Positions 46,173-56,371 of a stretch of DNA of 64,000 nt are shown here, piece by piece (position 1 is the first letter of the stretch; every line of letters starts with the position of its first letter). Below the pieces are notes generated by a model. The model was given only the letters and a program-made list of their open reading frames with translations. It made no database searches and was not told where the DNA came from. This DNA is from an uncultured Acidobacteriota bacterium (lineage in GTDB: Bacteria > Acidobacteriota > Vicinamibacteria > Vicinamibacterales > 2-12-FULL-66-21). The position numbers and the translations under genes were made by a program. The stretch is from the NCBI GenBank assembly GCA_963749835.1, contig CAVVOD010000004.1, forward strand, positions 361,061 to 425,060. The letters are read 5' to 3'.

Positions 46173-47626
46173 TAGTCCAACTCTACGGTCTCGCGGTGCT
46201 GCGGCATCATCGTCTTCCAGCCGAGCTTCGCGGTGATGGATGCGCCAAGTGCTTCCATCGATGCCGGCTCTCCATGCACCAGGAAGGTCGTGCGCGGTGG
46301 ACGGCTGAAGCCGCCGAGCCAGCGCAGGATCTCGGTGGAGTCTGCGTGGGCCGACATCGATTCAATCAGCTCGACCCGGCAGTTGACGGGAATCGTCTGG
46401 CCGTGGATACGGACCGTCTTCTGGCCGTCCACGAGTTGCCGGCCGCGCGTACCGACGGCCTGGTATCCGGCAAAGAGCACCGTGTTGCGGGCGTCGGGCA
46501 GGCATGCCTTGAGGTGATGCAACACCCGGCCGCCCGTCGCCATCCCGCTGGCGGAAATGATGATCGCCGGCGTTTTCGACTGCGTCAGCTGTTTGGATTC
46601 CGCCGCGGTCGAGATGGTCTTGAACCGCTCCGTGCAGAACGCACAAATCTGGCGCTCGCGCTGCGCGTGGCGGCGGCGGGTCTCCGGCGGGTCGAGCCGG
46701 GCCGCGGGCCCGTGCGGCGCCTTGTCGTCGTGCGCCTCCGGCTGCATGTCTGGATCGAGCTCGCGAAGCCGCTCGGTGTATCGGGCCAGCGCCTCGACGG
46801 CCATGGGGCTGTCGACAAACACTGGAAGCATCGGGATACGCCGCTCTTCCTCAAGCCGCTTCACCCAGTAGATCAGCTCTTCGACGCGCCCGATGGCGAA
46901 TGCGGGGATGATCACCCGGCCGCCGCGTCCTTCTGCCGCCGTGATCGCCTGCGCCAGCGCCGAGCCGCTGTCGTCTGCGTCGTGCACCCGATTGCCGTAC
47001 GTGGACTCGACGAGCAGGTAGTCGGCCTCCGGGACGAGCGTGGGATCGGGCAGCACCGGACGGTCGAAGCGTCCGAGGTCGCCGCCGAACAGAATCGTGC
47101 GTCCCCCTGTCTTGACGCGCGCATACGAGGAGCCGAGCAGATGCCCGGCGTTGATGAACTCGACCTCGACGTCGGCCGCCACCGGCATGGGGCGCTCGTA
47201 CCCGACGGGTTGCAGCAGCGAGACGGCGCGGAACGCGTCGGCCTCGCCATACAGCGGCAGCGCGGGGGCATGCTTCGAGTATCCGTGACGATTCGCGTTC
47301 GCCGCGTCTTCTTCCTGGATGCGGCCCGAGTCCGGGAGGACGATCCGGCACAGATCCTGGGTGCCGGCCGTGCAGAACACCCGTCCCCTGAAACCCTGCG
47401 CCACGAGCCGCGGCAGATACCCGCAATGATCCAGGTGCGCGTGCGTGAGGACGATCGCGTCGATTTCCCGGGGCGGTACGGGGAACTCCTGCCAGTTCCG
47501 CTCGCGCAGCTCCTTGAGCCCCTGGAAAAGACCCGCGTCGATGAGGACCTTGGCGGTGCCGGTGTCGAGCAGGTATTTGGAGCCCGTGACCGTCCGGGCT
47601 GCGCCGAGGAAGGTGATGGAAGGCAT
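46172..47626 (-). CDS. MBL-fold metallo-hydrolase of the beta-CASP RNA-metabolising family
   Basis: 484 aa. ..ITFLGAARTVTGSKYLL..VLIDAGLFQG.., ..VLTHAHLDHCGYLP.. (HxHxDH), ..ESTYG.., ..SMSAHAD.. Confidence 0.88.
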   Translation of the reverse strand: MPSITFLGAARTVTGSKYLLDTGTAKVLIDAGLFQGLKELRERNWQEFPVPPREIDAIVLTHAHLDHCGYLPRLVAQGFRGRVFCTAGTQDLCRIVLPDSGRIQEEDAANANRHGYSKHAPALPLYGEADAFRAVSLLQPVGYERPMPVAADVEVEFINAGHLLGSSYARVKTGGRTILFGGDLGRFDRPVLPDPTLVPEADYLLVESTYGNRVHDADDSGSALAQAITAAEGRGGRVIIPAFAIGRVEELIYWVKRLEEERRIPMLPVFVDSPMAVEALARYTERLRELDPDMQPEAHDDKAPHGPAARLDPPETRRRHAQRERQICAFCTERFKTISTAAESKQLTQSKTPAIIISASGMATGGRVLHHLKACLPDARNTVLFAGYQAVGTRGRQLVDGQKTVRIHGQTIPVNCRVELIESMSAHADSTEILRWLGGFSRPPRTTFLVHGEPASMEALGASITAKLGWKTMMPQHRETVELD

Positions 47627-47666
47627 GGAGGTTCAGTATAATCGTGGGCGGCAGGCAATCCGCTCG

Positions 47667-48530
47667 ATGCAACCCCTCCTCGACAATCTGCGTTCGGGAC
47701 GTCCGGTGATTGCGGCGGAGCTCCGGCCGCCGCGGGCCGAGCTGGAGACGTCCGCGAGCATGGATGCCTGGATCGACACATATCATGCCGTGCGGAACCT
47801 CACTCGCACCGGCACATTCGTCTTCCTGACCGACAGCGCCGTCGGCTCGAAGGAGGAAGACAATCTCCGGCATCTGGTGATCAATCTCGGGAGCGACGTC
47901 CCTCGCGCCGGTGTCGTGCCGTTCCTGACGTGCAAGCACCCGCTCGACTATTGCCTGGCCTACGCGGATCGCGCACGGGATCAGGGATTCGAGGCACTGG
48001 TCGTCCTCGGCGGCGACACGAGCGTCGGTGCCCCGCGGTGCCTCGAGCACGCCTGGCAGCTCCGCGGCGAGATCCGCCAGCGCGTGCCTGGCCTTACGCT
48101 CGGCGGGTGGGCCAATCCGCACAGGAATGCCGCCACGCAGGTCGGACACCTGCTCTCGGAGCACGCGAACGCCGAGTTCTACCTGACGCAGATCGTCTCG
48201 CATCACAGCCGCGCGCACGTCGAAGGGTTCCTCGAAGAGTCGGACAGGCGCGCCCTGTCACTTCCCGGCATGTTCGGCGTGTTCTACTACCGCTCGGCCA
48301 ATGCCAAGACCCTCGCCGCGCTCAGCGGCTTCCTGCCCGTTCCCGCCAGGGAACTGACAGCGGAGTTCGCGGCGGGAGCGACGCCGGAAGAGATCTGCGC
48401 GCTCTCGATCCGCAGCCTCACCGCCGCAGGCGTGCGGCATTTCTATGTGAGCAACCTCCCGATCAATCGCGCCGCGCAAACGCTCCAGCGCATCATGGAC
48501 CTGGCCGGGGCGGTGACCGCCATTCCCTAG
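47667..48530 (+). CDS. methylenetetrahydrofolate reductase-like protein
   Basis: In track ORF 47445..48530. Its segments are collinear with MetF (ELRPP, PFLTCKH, ALVVLGGD, GGWANP, FYLTQIV, PGMFGVF, VRHFYVSNL). The start is uncertain (ATG 47667 preferred; 47616 or 47625 possible). Confidence 0.7.
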   Translation: MQPLLDNLRSGRPVIAAELRPPRAELETSASMDAWIDTYHAVRNLTRTGTFVFLTDSAVGSKEEDNLRHLVINLGSDVPRAGVVPFLTCKHPLDYCLAYADRARDQGFEALVVLGGDTSVGAPRCLEHAWQLRGEIRQRVPGLTLGGWANPHRNAATQVGHLLSEHANAEFYLTQIVSHHSRAHVEGFLEESDRRALSLPGMFGVFYYRSANAKTLAALSGFLPVPARELTAEFAAGATPEEICALSIRSLTAAGVRHFYVSNLPINRAAQTLQRIMDLAGAVTAIP

Positions 48531-48542
48531 CCGCTTCGCGGC

Positions 48543-48646
48543 CGGATCGGGATTCGGGATTCGAGTCCCGAGTCGTCTTCCGGCTAAAGCCGGAAGCTAC
48601 GTGGTGCAGGTCCCGATCCCCGAACCCCGAATCCCGAATCCCGAGT
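48543..48646. repeat. composite: G-orientation heptamers, hairpin module CTTCCGGC-TAAA-GCCGGAAG-CTACG (48577-48601), then C-orientation heptamers
   Basis: ggatcgggattcgggattcgagtcccgagtcgtcttccggctaaagccggaagctacgtggtgcaggtcccgatccccgaaccccgaatcccgaatcccgag, read directly. Confidence 0.9.
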
Positions 48647-48660
48647 GTTAACATGGCCCG

Positions 48661-49314
48661 ATGCCCCCACGTCAGTATCGGGCCGGCGAGTCGATCGAAG
48701 ACTTCTGCCGCGCGTGCAAGACCGATCGCATGCACACCGTCGTCGCGGCGGACGCCGAGGGCCGGGCGATACGGGTTGTCTGCGGCTACTGCCAGAGTGA
48801 GCACAACTATCGGGGCGGTCCCAGGGTCGGCCAGGAGTCGCGCGTGGCGAGCTGGGGAAGCGACATCACCGCGCCGACCAGGGAGCCCGCGAAGCGCGTG
48901 GCCAGGAACGACCGTGAGCCATTTCCCATCGTCAGCGAGCGGGAACGGACGGCTCCACCCGTGAGCGAGGAGTCCGGCATGGACATCGAGATGATCCTGC
49001 GGCGTGTGATTCGCGAGGAGGCCGGGATAACAGCCGCGGCGCCCGCGGAGAAGTGGCGCAACGGCCACCTGGTTCTCCGGCCGGGAAACGCGGCGCTGCA
49101 GGAGAAGAGCTGGCCCATTGAGACGTTCTTTCACAAGATCGTGATGGTGCGGAACCGGCTGCGGACGCTCGAGCAGCAGGTCAACGCCGCGGAGATGCCC
49201 GAAGACGTGAAGGTGAAGCTGCAGGCATACGTGAGCGGGTGTTACGGATCGCTGACGAGCTTCAATGTGCTCTTCGCGGACGAGGACGATCAGTTCAAGG
49301 GGGTTGGTGGGTAG
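48661..49314 (+). CDS. hypothetical protein with an N-terminal CxxC..CxxC zinc-ribbon-like motif
   Basis: 217 aa. ..DFCRACKTDRMHTVV..VVCGYCQSEHNY.. The C-terminal half is helical-looking and protein-like. No family recognised. Confidence 0.65.
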   Translation: MPPRQYRAGESIEDFCRACKTDRMHTVVAADAEGRAIRVVCGYCQSEHNYRGGPRVGQESRVASWGSDITAPTREPAKRVARNDREPFPIVSERERTAPPVSEESGMDIEMILRRVIREEAGITAAAPAEKWRNGHLVLRPGNAALQEKSWPIETFFHKIVMVRNRLRTLEQQVNAAEMPEDVKVKLQAYVSGCYGSLTSFNVLFADEDDQFKGVGG

Positions 49315-49319
49315 AGGCT

Positions 49320-49354
49320 CGAATCCCCAATCCCTGATCCCTCATCCCTGATCG
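49320..49354. repeat. heptamer array (NNATCCC)x4-5 directly upstream of the aminotransferase ATG
   Basis: gaatccc caatccc tgatccc tcatccc tgatcgg, followed by tATG. It fills the whole 42-nt spacer. Confidence 0.85.
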
Positions 49355-49356
49355 GT

Positions 49357-50556
49357 ATGGGTAAGCACCTCGACTCCGTGCCCTTCTCCGGCATCATTCG
49401 CATCCGCGACATGATGTACACCATCAAGGATCCCTTCCGCCTCGATCAGGGAGACGTCAGCTTCGACGCGCCGGAGACCGTCACGCGCGCGATGCACCGC
49501 GCCATTGAGGACAACCGCAGTCACTATCTGCCGACGACCGGTGTCCCGCGGCTGCTCGAGCTCCTTACCGACAAGCTGCGACGCGTGAACGGGATCCCGG
49601 TGCGCACGCCCGACGAGCTGATGGTCACGACGGGCGGGATTCACGGTCTCTATCTGATCTTCCAGGCGCTGCTGGAGCCCGGTGACGAAGTGATCGTCCC
49701 CGATCCGACCTGGCCTCCTGCCATGGGCAACATCGTCGCCGCGCGCGGCGTCCCGGTCCCGTGCCGGCTGCACGAGACGAGCGGCTGGCGGTTCGACCTG
49801 CGTGAGCTCGAAACGACCATCACGACGCGGACGCGCGCCCTCTACATCAACTCACCCCACAATCCGACCGGCGGCGTATTGACGCGCCAGGACCTCGAGG
49901 CAATTGCCGCGATCTGCCGCGAGCGGAAGATCTGGCTGGTCTCCGACGAAGCGTACGAAGACGTCGTGTTCGACGACGCGGAACACGTCAGTCCCGCGTC
50001 GCTCCCGGACATGTATGAGCGGACGATCTCCCTCTTCACGTTCAGCAAGTCCTACGCAATGACCGGGCTGCGGCTCGGGTATTTGGCCGCAGCCGATCCA
50101 CAGTTGCGCGAGCGCATGAAGAAGGCACTCTTCTATACCGCGGGCAACGTCGCCTCGGTTGTGCAGTACGGCGGGATTGGTGCGCTCGAGGGACCGCAGG
50201 ATCGCGTGGGTGAGTTCCGCAACGAGCTGCAGGCGAGACGTGATCTGTTCTATGCGGGCATCCGGGAACATGCCGCGGACATCTTCAGCGGGTCCCCTCC
50301 CCGTGGTGCGTTCTACGCATTTCTCCGCATCGACGAGGGATGGCACCCCTCGCGAGAGGCTGCGAAGGGCTCACGCTCCTGGGCGATGGTCGAACACCTG
50401 ATCGCGCGCGGGCGCATCGGGTGCGTCCCCGGCGTGGACTTCGGCGTCAACGGCGAAGGCTACGTCCGATTCTGCTTCGCGAGAGATCGAGCCGAGCTCG
50501 CCGGCGCGATCGAGTCGATGCGCACGGTGTTTGCGGCGGCCTCGACAGATCACTGA
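49357..50556 (+). CDS. pyridoxal-phosphate-dependent aminotransferase, class I/II (aspartate aminotransferase-like)
   Basis: 399 aa. ..INSPHNPTGGV.., ..SDEAYEDVVFD.., PLP-lysine context ..FSKSYAMTGLRLGY.. Confidence 0.9.
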   Translation: MGKHLDSVPFSGIIRIRDMMYTIKDPFRLDQGDVSFDAPETVTRAMHRAIEDNRSHYLPTTGVPRLLELLTDKLRRVNGIPVRTPDELMVTTGGIHGLYLIFQALLEPGDEVIVPDPTWPPAMGNIVAARGVPVPCRLHETSGWRFDLRELETTITTRTRALYINSPHNPTGGVLTRQDLEAIAAICRERKIWLVSDEAYEDVVFDDAEHVSPASLPDMYERTISLFTFSKSYAMTGLRLGYLAAADPQLRERMKKALFYTAGNVASVVQYGGIGALEGPQDRVGEFRNELQARRDLFYAGIREHAADIFSGSPPRGAFYAFLRIDEGWHPSREAAKGSRSWAMVEHLIARGRIGCVPGVDFGVNGEGYVRFCFARDRAELAGAIESMRTVFAAASTDH

Positions 50557-50602
50557 CCCGCACTCTGTCAGCGAACGAGACGCGGTCGAACCGCCGGCTC
50601 CA

Positions 50603-51394
50603 TCAGAGGGACTGGCCCAGCCGCTCCTCGAGCTGCGCACGGTAAGTCCGGCTGATCCGCGGCCGCGATCCGTTCTTCAGCACCACTTCGAACTCCCCAT
50701 GTGAAATCGCCTCGAGCTGCTGGATGCTCTCGATGTTGACGATGGCGGATCGGTGCACGCGCACGAATCGCATGGGGTCGAGCCGCTCGGCTAGATCGTT
50801 CAGTGAGGCGCGATACAGCAGGTCCTTCCCCCCGACGTGGAGGTTCACGTAGACGCCCGCAGCCTCGATCCAGTCGATGTCCGCGGCTTTCACGAAGCGG
50901 GTTGTGCCGGCGGACTTCACGACGAATCGATCCAGTCGACGCTCGGGCCCGGGTGCGCTCGAGACAATGTTCAGCATCCGCTGTCCGAACTCGCGGATGC
51001 TCTGCGCGACCAGCAGGGCCTTCACGCGCGCCATCGCTGCCTCGTGCCGCTGATCGCTGAACGGCTTCAGGAGATAGTCCAGGGCGTTGGCTTCGAACGC
51101 ACGAATGGCGTGTTGATCGAACGCGGTGACGAAGATCGTGGGTGGCATCCGCTCGGCGCCGACCGCCTCGATGACACCAAAACCACCAACCTCGGGCATC
51201 TGGACGTCAAGAAAGATCAGATCGGGGCGCTGATCCTGAATCGAGACGATCGCCGCCTTCCCGTTCTCCGCTTCGAGAATGCTGCCGACCTCGGGATCGC
51301 GGCCGAGCAGATCGACAAGGCGCTGTCGTGCGGGAGCTTCGTCATCGACCACCAGCACGCGAATGCGATCATGCCTGGGAAGGACCATCGGCAT
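50603..51394 (-). CDS. two-component response regulator, LytTR DNA-binding family
   Basis: The receiver domain is ..IRVLVVDDE..PDLIFLDVQMP.. The LytTR domain is ..FVRVHRSAIVNIESI.. It overlaps the upstream kinase gene end. Confidence 0.92.
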   Translation of the reverse strand: MPMVLPRHDRIRVLVVDDEAPARQRLVDLLGRDPEVGSILEAENGKAAIVSIQDQRPDLIFLDVQMPEVGGFGVIEAVGAERMPPTIFVTAFDQHAIRAFEANALDYLLKPFSDQRHEAAMARVKALLVAQSIREFGQRMLNIVSSAPGPERRLDRFVVKSAGTTRFVKAADIDWIEAAGVYVNLHVGGKDLLYRASLNDLAERLDPMRFVRVHRSAIVNIESIQQLEAISHGEFEVVLKNGSRPRISRTYRAQLEERLGQSL

Positions 51395-52437
51395 ACTCTC
51401 CCATGAAGGTCAGCGGCAATGATATGCGCACTTCGGTGCCGCCGGACGCGCGGCGCCGCACCACAAGGCCGCTCGCGCCATCGTGGTAAAGGGCGGCGAG
51501 GCGGTCTCGCGTGACGGAAAGCCCCAGGCCCGTCGAGGTTTCGAGGCTCCACCCCGGCGGCAGTCCCACGCCATCGTCCAGGACCTCGAGCTCCAGGCGA
51601 CCCTCCCTCCGTTGCGCCGACACGATGACCGTACCGCCGGCCGCGCGGCGGGAGATTCCGTGCCGGATCGCGTTCTCCACCAGCGGCTGGACGAACAGGC
51701 ACGGCACGGATGCGTACTTGACCTCGGGCGCGATGCGAATCTCGATCTGCAGGTGTTCACCGAATCGGACCTTCTGGATGGCAAGGTAGTGATCGAGAAA
51801 TGCCATCTCTTCAGCGAGCGGAATCTCCTGCTTGTCTCGACTCTCGAGTGACAGCCGCAGGAGGTTGCCGAGATCCTCAATCATGCCCCGCGCCAGCCTG
51901 GGGTCCCGCTCGACCTGCGAAGAGATCGTATTCAAGGCGTTGAAGAGGAAGTGCGGATCGAGTTGCATCCGCAGGGCATTGAGCCGTGCCTCGGAGAACT
52001 GTCTCTCCAATCTCTCCATTCGGAGCTCGCTCGAAAGATAGCGCTGGGAGTAATGGTGCGCCTGCCAGACACCTCCGATCAGCCAGTAAACCAGCCAGCT
52101 CCAGAAAAACATCCCGCGCAGCGCGCCTGCGAGGAGCTCCGCGTCGAGCACGCCGCTCCAGGTCCCCATACCAAACAGCGCACGAACAGCGGCCAAGACG
52201 TAGATATAGCCGGCGGTGACGAAGAAGCTGAGGACAACATGCGCCATGACCCGCCGGTGCAGCTGCCTGGCGGAAAACGGCAGGCGACGGTCGGCTGCGA
52301 CGATCAACGGGGCCACCAGGCCCCATGACCACCACTGCGTGAGCGAGGACAACAGCGACCGCCGCCAGTTCCCCCCGCTCAGCCCGGGAAGCGCAAACAC
52401 GCAGCCAATCAGGGTCCAGCCCAGGGCCGCGAGCACG
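51369..52437 (-). CDS. sensor histidine kinase, LytS/YehU family
   Basis: N-terminus with about 5 hydrophobic helices. ..LRMQLDPHFLFNALNTI.. is the His_kinase domain. ..ENAIRHG.., ..DDGVGL.., ..GLGL.. form the HATPase domain. The track start 52646 would overlap the upstream gene by 95 nt, so I prefer the GTG at ~52437. The start is uncertain. Confidence 0.85.
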
Positions 52438-52551
52438 ATCCGGCCAGGCCGGCTTCCGGTTAGCAGATCCGCAGGACTGGATGTACTGCCGATGTGTGCG
52501 CCGGGCGCCCGGGTCGTCTTGTAGTCACTCGCTACCGATAAGGGCAGCGTC

Positions 52552-53667
52552 TCACTTGCGCGCAAACCGAATACCCTCGATGTCGTCGAGATGGAGGATG
52601 AGCGCCCATCCGTAAAAATTGTTCGCCACCGCGACCGCGATCTCATTCTCGCCGGTTTTCAACGGCAGCGCGAAGGAACCGTTCTCGAGTGAGATGCGCC
52701 CGTCCGGCGGTTTCCTTGCCGACGGAGGCTGATATAAATTCGCGTCCTTGAACACCTGCTGTCCATTCACGAACACCCACACCTCCCGGCCCCATCCGAT
52801 CGTCGCCTTTTTCGTCTGATCCTTTTCTGACCTGACGGTCGTCTTCAGCCACGCGATAGCGCGCCGGGGTCTGGCGAGCGGCAGGCCGTACTGCCGGCTG
52901 ATGTTCACCAGGCCGCCGCGCTCGGCTGCAATCGGCTGCCAACCCGTCCCGGAACCGGATCGCTCGGTGACATTGGGCTCCGTATCAGGTGGCAGCTCGT
53001 GAAACGGCGCGATCTGCCAGTCTCGAACGAAGCGGCGATCGTCCGCCGTCTGGTCCTTCTCCGGTTTCGGATCGAGTCCCTCGACTGCGCCCTCGGCGAA
53101 TACCAGATTCGCAAAATATCCTGGTCCCTGGAGCAGGAATCCTCCCTCCAGCGCGTCACCTTCAAGGCTGCCGACTTTCAGCGTCGGCGTCGTCGCTCCG
53201 TTGATGAACACATTCATCCGCCGGCCGGACACGACGACCTTGACGTGGTTCCAGTCACCCTCCCGCAATGGCGCGGGCGCCTGATATCCGGGAAACAGAT
53301 CCCAGAGCAGGACCCCGCGCGAGTACGGCGCGTACTGCACGCAATCGACGGCCTCCGAGCACTTCGGTCTGGGCCTGAGGTAGACGTCTTCGTAAGTGTC
53401 TTTGTCGCGCCGGCGGAATCCAATGCCGGCTCCCATCCCCAGGGGATCGACGTCAAACTCGATAGTTCCGTTCCGAAACGTGAGATCGTTCAGTACCGCG
53501 ACGCCTCCCTTCAGGTGCATCGCGTCCGCACCCTTGTGGCTCAGGTACTCCGCGTTGTCGATTGTCTGCCATCGGTCGGCGGTCATCGGCACTTTGATCG
53601 GTTGAGCGCCCGATGTCTCGTGTGCCGGCGCGAGGCACAGGCAGAGACCGAAGACGAACGAGGTCAT
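52552..53667 (-). CDS. secreted protein, possibly with a concanavalin-A-like lectin/glucanase fold (family call weak)
   Basis: I prefer the start MTSFVFGLCLCLAPAHE (53667), a signal peptide. ..LTFRNGTIEFDV..GIGFRR..WNHVKVVVSGRRMNVFING.. resembles DUF1080/LamG-type jelly rolls. The coding call is solid; the product call is not. Confidence 0.6.
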   Translation of the reverse strand: MTSFVFGLCLCLAPAHETSGAQPIKVPMTADRWQTIDNAEYLSHKGADAMHLKGGVAVLNDLTFRNGTIEFDVDPLGMGAGIGFRRRDKDTYEDVYLRPRPKCSEAVDCVQYAPYSRGVLLWDLFPGYQAPAPLREGDWNHVKVVVSGRRMNVFINGATTPTLKVGSLEGDALEGGFLLQGPGYFANLVFAEGAVEGLDPKPEKDQTADDRRFVRDWQIAPFHELPPDTEPNVTERSGSGTGWQPIAAERGGLVNISRQYGLPLARPRRAIAWLKTTVRSEKDQTKKATIGWGREVWVFVNGQQVFKDANLYQPPSARKPPDGRISLENGSFALPLKTGENEIAVAVANNFYGWALILHLDDIEGIRFARK

Positions 53668-53855
53668 GATGCGTACGGCGGACGTCAGCGTGGGCCGCCG
53701 CGGGTCTGGTGTGAGAGCAATCGTGGGCTGGATCATTCCCGGATCGTCAACCCTCGACCTGGATTCGGCGAGTCAAGTGTGGCGGCCCGGATTGTGATGT
53801 TGCGGAACGGCATCCCGCGGCCATGACACGGAGGGGATCAGCGAACAGGGGACCG

Positions 53856-54596
53856 CTACCGCACGTGACGTCCGCCGTCCACCCGCATGGTTTCGCCGGT
53901 GACGAAGTTCGATGCGATCAGGAACGCGACGGCCTTGGCGATCTCGGCTTCACCGCCCCAGCGGCCGAGTGGAGTGGAGGCCTCCACGGCCGCGAACTCC
54001 TCGGTGGACGTTCCGGGCGGCGCGAGGATCGGACCCGGAGCGATGGAGTTCACCAGAATCTGGTCGCCGGCCAGTTCGAGCGCCAGCGCCTCGCTCAGCC
54101 CGATGATCCCGCGCTTGGCGACGTAGTACGGCAGGTAGCCTTTGTACCGCGGTCTGCCGCTGACCGCGACCCAGTCGGAGAAATTGATGATGCGGCCGCC
54201 GCCCGCCGCGCGCATGTGAGGCACCGCGGCTCGCGCGCACAGGAACGATGCCTTGAGATCGATGTCGATGACGGCGTCCCACATCGCTTCATCGGTCTCG
54301 TCGAACGGCTTCTCGGTGTAGACCGACGCCATGTTGATGAGGATGTCGAGGCGGCCGAGCGCGGCGGCGGCTTCGTTCACCAGCCGCAGACACGCGCCGG
54401 CGTCGGACAGATCCGCACGGATCACCACCGCGCGTCGTCCCGCCAAACGCACAGCGGCCGCGGCGTCCTCGGCCTCCCGGCTGGATCGGTTGTAAGCGAG
54501 GGCGACGTCCAGCCCGCGCCCCGCGAGATCGGCGGCGACGACCGCCCCGATGCGCTTACCGCCGGTGATCAGTACGGCGCGATCGTGAAATTCCAT
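53856..54596 (-). CDS. SDR family oxidoreductase
   Basis: 246 aa. ..VLITGGKRIG.. (TGxxxxG-type), ..NMAS.., catalytic YxxxK (..YYVAKRG..). Confidence 0.9.
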   Translation of the reverse strand: MEFHDRAVLITGGKRIGAVVAADLAGRGLDVALAYNRSSREAEDAAAAVRLAGRRAVVIRADLSDAGACLRLVNEAAAALGRLDILINMASVYTEKPFDETDEAMWDAVIDIDLKASFLCARAAVPHMRAAGGGRIINFSDWVAVSGRPRYKGYLPYYVAKRGIIGLSEALALELAGDQILVNSIAPGPILAPPGTSTEEFAAVEASTPLGRWGGEAEIAKAVAFLIASNFVTGETMRVDGGRHVR

Positions 54597-54630
54597 GGCT
54601 GGGCATCGGGGAAAGTATGACGCCGAAAAG

Positions 54631-55506
54631 TCATACGCGTGGAAGGGTCTGACGGTGACCGAAGAAGCTTGACCATGGCGCCTTGGCCCCCATCCGCCGC
54701 TCCGCGGTCTTGATCGTGAAGACGTTGGGATCCAGGCGCGGACTCACTTCGTCCCAGTCGAGCGGCATCGAGACCGGAGCGCGGGGACGCCAGCGCACGG
54801 AAAACGGCGGGACGATCGTCTGGCCGGCGGCGTTGCGCATGACATCCAGATACACCGGGGCGCGACGCTGTGCCTTGCGTGCCTGCACCGTCACGAGCGC
54901 CGGGTGCTCCGCCGCCATTTCGGCGGCGATCGCCGCCGCGTATGCGCGGACGCGATCCTGGGGTGCGCCGCGCCGGAGCGGGACGAATACATGGAGGCCT
55001 CGTCCCCCCGAGGTCTTCACGTAGGGCTCCAGGCCATGATCCTCGAGCTTGTCGCGAAGCAACAGCGCCACGCGCGCGGCCGACGCGAAGCCATCCGCAG
55101 GGTCCAGATCGAAGGCCAGCCAGTCAGGCTTGTCGAGCTGATCGACGCGGCTGTCCATCACGTGCATGGCGATGCAGCCCAGGTTCACGAGCGTGAGCAG
55201 CGTCTTCCGTGTGCCGCCCACGATCCAGTCGATGTTGCGGCCAGCCGTCGGGGCAGGAATCGAAACCGTCGGGATGTCGGCAGGCAGGTTGGCGGGCGCC
55301 TGCTTCTGGAAGAAGCAGGTCTTTCGCACGCCGTCGGGGCATCGCTCGAGAGCGACGGCGCGACCTTTCATCCACGGAACGATCTGACCCGCAATCCTCG
55401 AATAGAACTGGGCCAGATCGAGCTTGGTCACGCCTTCGTCCGGCCAGAACGGCTTCGACGGGTTGGTGATGAGGGTACCGCCAAGCCTGACGCTGGATGT
55501 GGTCAC
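54631..55506 (-). CDS. stand-alone LigD polymerase/primase (NHEJ polymerase) domain protein
   Basis: 291 aa. ..TNPSKPFWPDEGVTKLDLAQFY.., ..FFQK.., ..DWLAFDLDP.., ..YVKTSGGRGLHVFVPL.. are LigD-Pol (AEP primase) signatures. No ligase or nuclease domain is attached. Confidence 0.9.
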   Translation of the reverse strand: MTTSSVRLGGTLITNPSKPFWPDEGVTKLDLAQFYSRIAGQIVPWMKGRAVALERCPDGVRKTCFFQKQAPANLPADIPTVSIPAPTAGRNIDWIVGGTRKTLLTLVNLGCIAMHVMDSRVDQLDKPDWLAFDLDPADGFASAARVALLLRDKLEDHGLEPYVKTSGGRGLHVFVPLRRGAPQDRVRAYAAAIAAEMAAEHPALVTVQARKAQRRAPVYLDVMRNAAGQTIVPPFSVRWRPRAPVSMPLDWDEVSPRLDPNVFTIKTAERRMGAKAPWSSFFGHRQTLPRV

Positions 55507-55976
55507 ACGCTTCCAGTCCGGACTCTCGCGCGGCCGTAGGCCCTCGCTTCCGCCGAGCGCGCGCGCCGTCCGTCAATCGACAGCACACCGGGGCCGGTCA
55601 GCATCAGCGAGACGAGCGCCCCGAGGAGCACCAGGTTGAACTCATAGCCGTGACCCTGCCCCGGCACCAGGTTCCAATTGAGAAAAAAACCGTTGACCAG
55701 ATGGACTTTCCAGACCGCGACTCCCGTCGAGACCGACAGCGCGAACGCGGCAAACAGCGTCAACGCACCGAGGAGCAGCATGATGCCGCCACCGAGCTCG
55801 ACGAGTGCGAGCAGAATCGCCAGCGGGTAGGCAGGCGTGAGACCCAGCTGCGTCAGAAACGCGGCGGTGCCGGCAATGCCCCCGCCCCCCCAGACGCCGA
55901 ACAGCTTCTGCGCGCCGTGCGCGACGAAGACCGATCCGACGACCAGTCGAAGCGCGGCAGGCCCGTACGGCTGCAT
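55503..55976 (-). CDS. DoxX family membrane protein
   Basis: 157 aa, four hydrophobic helices. ..LRLVVGSVFVAHGAQKLFG... Its stop overlaps the LigD-Pol ATG by 4 nt. Confidence 0.85.
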   Translation of the reverse strand: MQPYGPAALRLVVGSVFVAHGAQKLFGVWGGGGIAGTAAFLTQLGLTPAYPLAILLALVELGGGIMLLLGALTLFAAFALSVSTGVAVWKVHLVNGFFLNWNLVPGQGHGYEFNLVLLGALVSLMLTGPGVLSIDGRRARSAEARAYGRARVRTGSV

Positions 55977-56340
55977 CCAAACCTCCCGCGGGGGTCAATC
56001 CCGCCAGTAATCCGCGTATTGTGCCACCGAATCAAAGGGAAAAGACAGAAACTCCGTCACAACTTCACCGAGGCCGCGACGACGATGAGCACCGCTCAGC
56101 CGAAGACACGTGTCCGAACACCAGTGCCGCCGCCGCCATGAAGCGAAGGCGGGGGCGTTCGAGACCGAAGCGTCAACAGGCAAGTGGATGACGGGGATCG
56201 AAGGAAGGTCAAGGGGCTGAACGATCGACCGGAAGCGGAACGCGAAGCACCCTGCGAAAGTGCTGACGTTAGCCGCGGATGTCTTCACCGGACTATTCCG
56301 GCGGGACCTCCTGCGCTCCGCTCCCGGTCCACCGGGCCGC

Positions 56341-56371
56341 CGCGGATCCGCGCGCGTCGCGCGGATCCGCG
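56341..56371 (-). terminator. 14-bp perfect GC-rich hairpin 10 nt downstream of the OmpA-family gene stop
   Basis: cgcggatccgcgcg-cgt-cgcgcggatccgcg, read directly. There is no clear U-tract, so intrinsic-terminator function is only plausible. Confidence 0.5.

Noticed and set aside
46172-48530. Divergent beta-CASP nuclease and MTHFR-like genes sharing the CATG at ~47624 as a functional pair
   Set aside because: The apparent shared start depends on an uncertain start choice for the + gene; ATG 47667 fits MetF N-termini better. There is no functional logic beyond adjacency.
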